IMG/VR virus record: IMGVR_UViG_3300032322_001765
Span: 62,001 to 126,000 of that record
Direction: 5' to 3' (one strand)
DNA length: 64,000 nucleotides
The position numbers and the translations under genes are program-made. Shown here piece by piece: positions 62,301 through 64,000 of the stretch. The stretch's first letter is position 1. Every line of letters begins with the position of its first letter. The notes under the pieces were generated by a model. That model was not told the origin of the DNA. It was given only the letters and a program-made list of their open reading frames with translations, and did not search any database.

Positions 62301-63480
62301 CTGGTCAATTAGGATTGGGTGATACGATACTAAGGTCTAGTCCTGTATTAGTGGGTAATAATAGTTGGTCGGCAATTTCAGCGGCTATTGGTGGAAATAA
62401 TAGCGCAGGTATTGCAAGCGACGGTAAATTATTTACTTGGGGTAATAATAATACGGGACAATTAGGTGATGGCACAACAATAAACAAATCGAGTCCAGTA
62501 CAGATTTCCTCAGGATCAAGCTTTAGTCTTGTTGCAGCAGGCCCAGGATTCCTGTTGGCTGCATCTACTAATTATGCATTATTTACTTCAGGAGGTAATA
62601 GTGTTGGACAATTAGGTGATGGCACAACAATAAACAAATCTACTCCAGTACAAATAACTGATCCGTCAGTTCAAAGTTGGATTTTTATAAGTGCAGGAAC
62701 TAGCTATAGTGGTGGCATAGATAATTTAGGAAAGTTATATACTTGGGGAACAAATTTCCTTGGTATTTTAGGTCATGGCGACACAATTAATCGTTCAAAA
62801 CCAACTATAGTATCAGGATCGACTAGTTGGTCTAAAGTAAGTGCAGGTGGTGTTAACACATTAGGTATTACTAATTTAGGAGCACTATATGCATGGGGAC
62901 AGAATAACGTAGGACAAATAGGTGATGGCACTACTATAAACAAATCTAGCCCAGTACAAATAGGTTCAAGTAGTTGGTCCGCAGTTGCAGCTAGTGATAG
63001 TGTATCTATGGCTATTAGGTCAGATAATACTCTATGGACTTGGGGGCATAATAGTGTAGGACAATTGGGTATAGGTCTTACTACAAATAGATCAAGTCCG
63101 GTGCAAGTTGTAGCTGGCGCACAATGGTCTTCAATAGCTAGTTCTGGTAATAATACTATGGTAGCTATCTCAATAGCTACTGGAACTAGTAATAAACTTT
63201 ACTTGTGGGGCTTCAATGCCTCAGGACAATTAGGTACAGGAGACACAGTAAATCGTAGTAGCCCCACATTACTAGCAGGAACTACAGGAACTGTTATACC
63301 AACTAAAATTTTAAATTATCAAAGCTTTAGCCAAGTAAGCACTGGTATATCTTACACTATAGCTAAAAGAGCTAATGACAATGTTTTAATGGGATGGGGT
63401 ATTAATACTTCTGGACAGTTAGGAGATAATACCGCAACACAAGCAAGAAGGAGTAATCCTACATTAATTGGATATAGAAC
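50438..63480 (+). repeat. RCC1-like repeat array (~88 blades over two ORFs)
   Basis: Counted by hand from the xWG..GQLG cores: about 40 in ORF 50381 and about 48 in ORF 56327. Confidence 0.88.
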
Positions 63481-64000
63481 TTTTGTAGACGCATCAGAAA
63501 ATAATATTACCTCAGTAACATTCACTGGCTCACCAAAAAATGTTGATTTTAGTCCTTTTGCAAATCAGCCATATAATACTGTCACTAGTGGTGGTAGCAC
63601 ACAATTTAGTGGATTAGGTGATGTCATTAACTGTGGCACAAACTCAGTATTTGCATTTGGTACAGGTCCGTTCTGTATTGAGTTTTGGTGCTATAATAAT
63701 ATATTGAAAGCTGTAGCAGCAGTAACAACCAATCCATCTGTCACAAGTGTTACAGATTCATTCATTGTGGGATGGGACGCCGCTGGTTCATATAACGTAG
63801 TGGTAGGAAATACTACATTTGCTTCTTCTCCGGGATTTATAAAGACTAATGTTTGGCAACATATTGTTTGTTGTCGTGATAGTTCCAATAATGTGGCTGT
63901 GTTTATTGATGGTGTGCGAGGATCTCCCGGCGTCGTTGCTAGCAACTTAGTCAGAACAACATTAGGAATAGGAGATTTCCCTACAACCCCATCTCAAAAT
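56327..64000 (+). CDS. Giant RCC1-repeat protein, part 2 (>2558 aa, ~48 blades, then a LamG domain; runs off window)
   Basis: Not in the ORF track because it has no stop in the window. The ATG directly follows the TAA of part 1 in the same frame. I translated it through to 64000 without meeting a stop. From ~63482 it reads FVDASENN..FSPF..FAFGTGPFCIEFW..WQHIVCCRD..VFIDG (LamG). Confidence 0.88.
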   Translation, partial: MPTNSPVLLGNKLPYNLPEPQKVDNNSWTQVSAFNDFTVGLRSNSILYAWGTNNSYQIGDGTTLNKSTPTQISNSSFLVVSAGFDHSAAITTNNTLFVWGNSASTFVQTINFSWTKVASSGNHTLAIRNDNTLWTWGLNTAGQLGDGTTINKSSPVQIGSGTWNDISAAVSHSVAIDSDYKLYVWGQNNAGQIGDNTSINKSSPVQIGSNSWLQVASGNSYTVSINSLNEMFAWGLNTSYQLGDRTVINKSSPVQIGSTFSWSSVSAGVDHSLAITTDNQLYIWGNPAGAGIQEPTTIYSWTQVTAGNIYTTAIRSDGSLWTWGRNTEGQLGQNNVILQSSPVQVGNSSYTQVSGKWSHTSAIKADSTIIGYGSNTYGELGDGTTIAKSNPVTLSSSFTNTSWTSVSASVNHTAAIRNDGRIYIWGLNTSGQLGDNTAISKSNPVSLASPFDTSSWTQVDLGRDFALARRLDGKLYAWGFNDLGQLGIVNSTFPIGGDTLNRSNPVLISDSSWIQVSAGFDHSLAIRSDNTLWTWGSSVAIGLVTEPMSWLAVSGGATHTLGIRDNGTLWTWGTNDQGQLGNSTTVIRLSPVQIGLTRWASVSAGSSYSHAIDQAGLLYAWGLNSSGQLGDNSSINKSSPVQIGSSSWIEVTDGVNHTLAIDADGRLYGWGQFTSGQTGVYDEIYSWTQITSGLGLRTDGTLWAWGQLTGDGTTIIRSSPVQIGSSDWSSIAPIFSMIDPKAALKTNGTLWMWGTNALGQLGQNDTINRSSPVQVAGSWNQISVQSGHAAARNVSNIIYTWGKNEAGQLGDGTTIDKSSPVLLSGAFGTTSWTSVSVGWSHTAALRNDNIIYIWGWNNQGQLGTGLTTSRSNPVTLDGAFATSSFVAVSSGALHTLAVRSDSRLVAWGYNLEGSLGDNTTINKSTPVVIGTSSWSVVTAARTNNLAVTTTGTLWFWGADGGSGSSAQNATINRSAPTQIGALTNWASAGVVSAINNLGVAFVWGSGGSANTSNTYLLNTTVDASSPVQVGGFRWPPTKYYSPQQVGTSSFSLVSAGSSYSMGINAEDLLYGWGVNNSGQQADGTTVAKSSPVQITTSSYISVSAGFDHVLAIASNGTLWTWGNSAAIGLVVQPQSWSEISSGSSHTLAIRSDGALFAWGIGTSGQLGNTLAISNSSPVQVGTSSWSQVKAGTNVSLAIDTNNRLFGWGLNTSAQLGIGVITNRSSPVLITSGSWIGLAAGGTHTFAIDSTNKLYGWGNNDSGQIIPYGSYFPTGYSPVSAGGGFFAAIRTSDSGLLLWGRNNFGQLGQGNTIDRSNPIQLGSNSWKQVAAGTSFISAIRSDDTLWTWGLNTSGQLGDNTSISKSSPVQVAGSWLSISGGATHALGVKIDNTLWSWGSNDVGQLGDSTVVNKSSPVQIGTRSWSSVNAGNSYSLAIDTTGIVYGWGWNTSGQLGDGTTTNRNSPVLLASPFNTTSFSQVTAGFSHSLGFTTSGLLYSWGGNSVGELGLGLITSRSNPTQITQYSGLLPQNGSWSFIYAGQQISTAINNNNLYVWGSGASGQLGLGDTINRSIPVQTGIGYSWKAAALEVATNLGAGYLRSDNSVWVTGNNTFGNLGNSTTVNRSAPVIVGSTSISTPVQVGTSSWSQISAGASYSAGIDSLGKLYTWGLNNTYQLGNNTTVDRNDVINQLTNSSWTSVSTGLNHVLAIASNNSLHAWGSAAAVGLSNVTALSWSTIASGGQSSHLAAIRSDGALFTWGLNTNGQLGDGTTINKSSPTQISGTISWTSVAVDLSNTMAIRLGGTLFVWGGNASGQLGLSDTINRSNPVLLDYNSWSQISVNTSHTAGIRSNQLYVWGNNVSGQIGDNTTINKSSPVQVTGSWNSVSAGAQYTIGINNSSLLFVWGVNAAFQLGTGNTVSRSSPVQIATGTSYSIISAGPTHAVAIDTTSKLWTWGQQSSVGIDVNSWTQVSIGNQFVLAIRNDGRLFAWGVNSSGQLGLGDTILRSSPVLVGNNSWSAISAAIGGNNSAGIASDGKLFTWGNNNTGQLGDGTTINKSSPVQISSGSSFSLVAAGPGFLLAASTNYALFTSGGNSVGQLGDGTTINKSTPVQITDPSVQSWIFISAGTSYSGGIDNLGKLYTWGTNFLGILGHGDTINRSKPTIVSGSTSWSKVSAGGVNTLGITNLGALYAWGQNNVGQIGDGTTINKSSPVQIGSSSWSAVAASDSVSMAIRSDNTLWTWGHNSVGQLGIGLTTNRSSPVQVVAGAQWSSIASSGNNTMVAISIATGTSNKLYLWGFNASGQLGTGDTVNRSSPTLLAGTTGTVIPTKILNYQSFSQVSTGISYTIAKRANDNVLMGWGINTSGQLGDNTATQARRSNPTLIGYRTFVDASENNITSVTFTGSPKNVDFSPFANQPYNTVTSGGSTQFSGLGDVINCGTNSVFAFGTGPFCIEFWCYNNILKAVAAVTTNPSVTSVTDSFIVGWDAAGSYNVVVGNTTFASSPGFIKTNVWQHIVCCRDSSNNVAVFIDGVRGSPGVVASNLVRTTLGIGDFPTTPSQN

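Noticed and set aside
10900-63480. CRISPR array or invertible shufflon suggested by the dense DNA repeats
   Set aside because: The repeats are in-frame, degenerate at third positions and all in direct orientation. There is no repeat-spacer periodicity, cas gene, invertase or inverted crossover site.
831-63945. Dozens of short minus-strand and out-of-frame ORFs in the track
   Set aside because: They are shadows of long repetitive plus-strand genes and show no independent motifs or ribosome-binding context.
50381-64000. Eukaryotic/giant-virus origin or beta-lactamase-inhibitor (BLIP-II) function of the RCC1 proteins
   Set aside because: The genes are flanked by T4-type head genes, bacterial SD signals and a fibre chaperone. 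There is no signal peptide. A shared fold alone does not support inhibitor or Ran-GEF function.

Overview
This is the virion-structural region of a large, AT-rich, T4-superfamily tailed phage (probably an uncultured myophage). It holds no replication, metabolic, RNA or mobile-element genes. From left to right: (1) a gp26-like baseplate-hub gene on the minus strand, cut by the window edge; (2) a divergent 912-aa tape-measure/hub-like protein with a C-terminal M15-type Zn peptidase; (3) a T4-like head module (portal gp20, a small ORF, an acidic core protein, protease gp21, scaffold gp22, major capsid gp23) closed by a GAAA-loop terminator; (4) about 54 kb of fibre and adhesin genes. The fibre region is built from a small kit of recurring parts: N-terminal anchor peptides, AQPNITS-type shaft repeats, three kinds of C-terminal coupler with adapter/chaperone genes, and interchangeable tips (IPT/Ig/LamG arrays, polyglycine domains, RCC1 propellers). 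The most striking result comes from manually parsing the two giant RCC1-repeat ORFs (50381-56326 and 56327 to >64000). They form one recursively nested ('matryoshka') set of 7-bladed propellers, and every insert that closes in the window has exactly 7 blades. One blade is split by an in-frame TAA-ATG junction between the two ORFs, and propellers opened in ORF1 continue in ORF2. All family assignments come from motif recognition by eye; no database searches were run.
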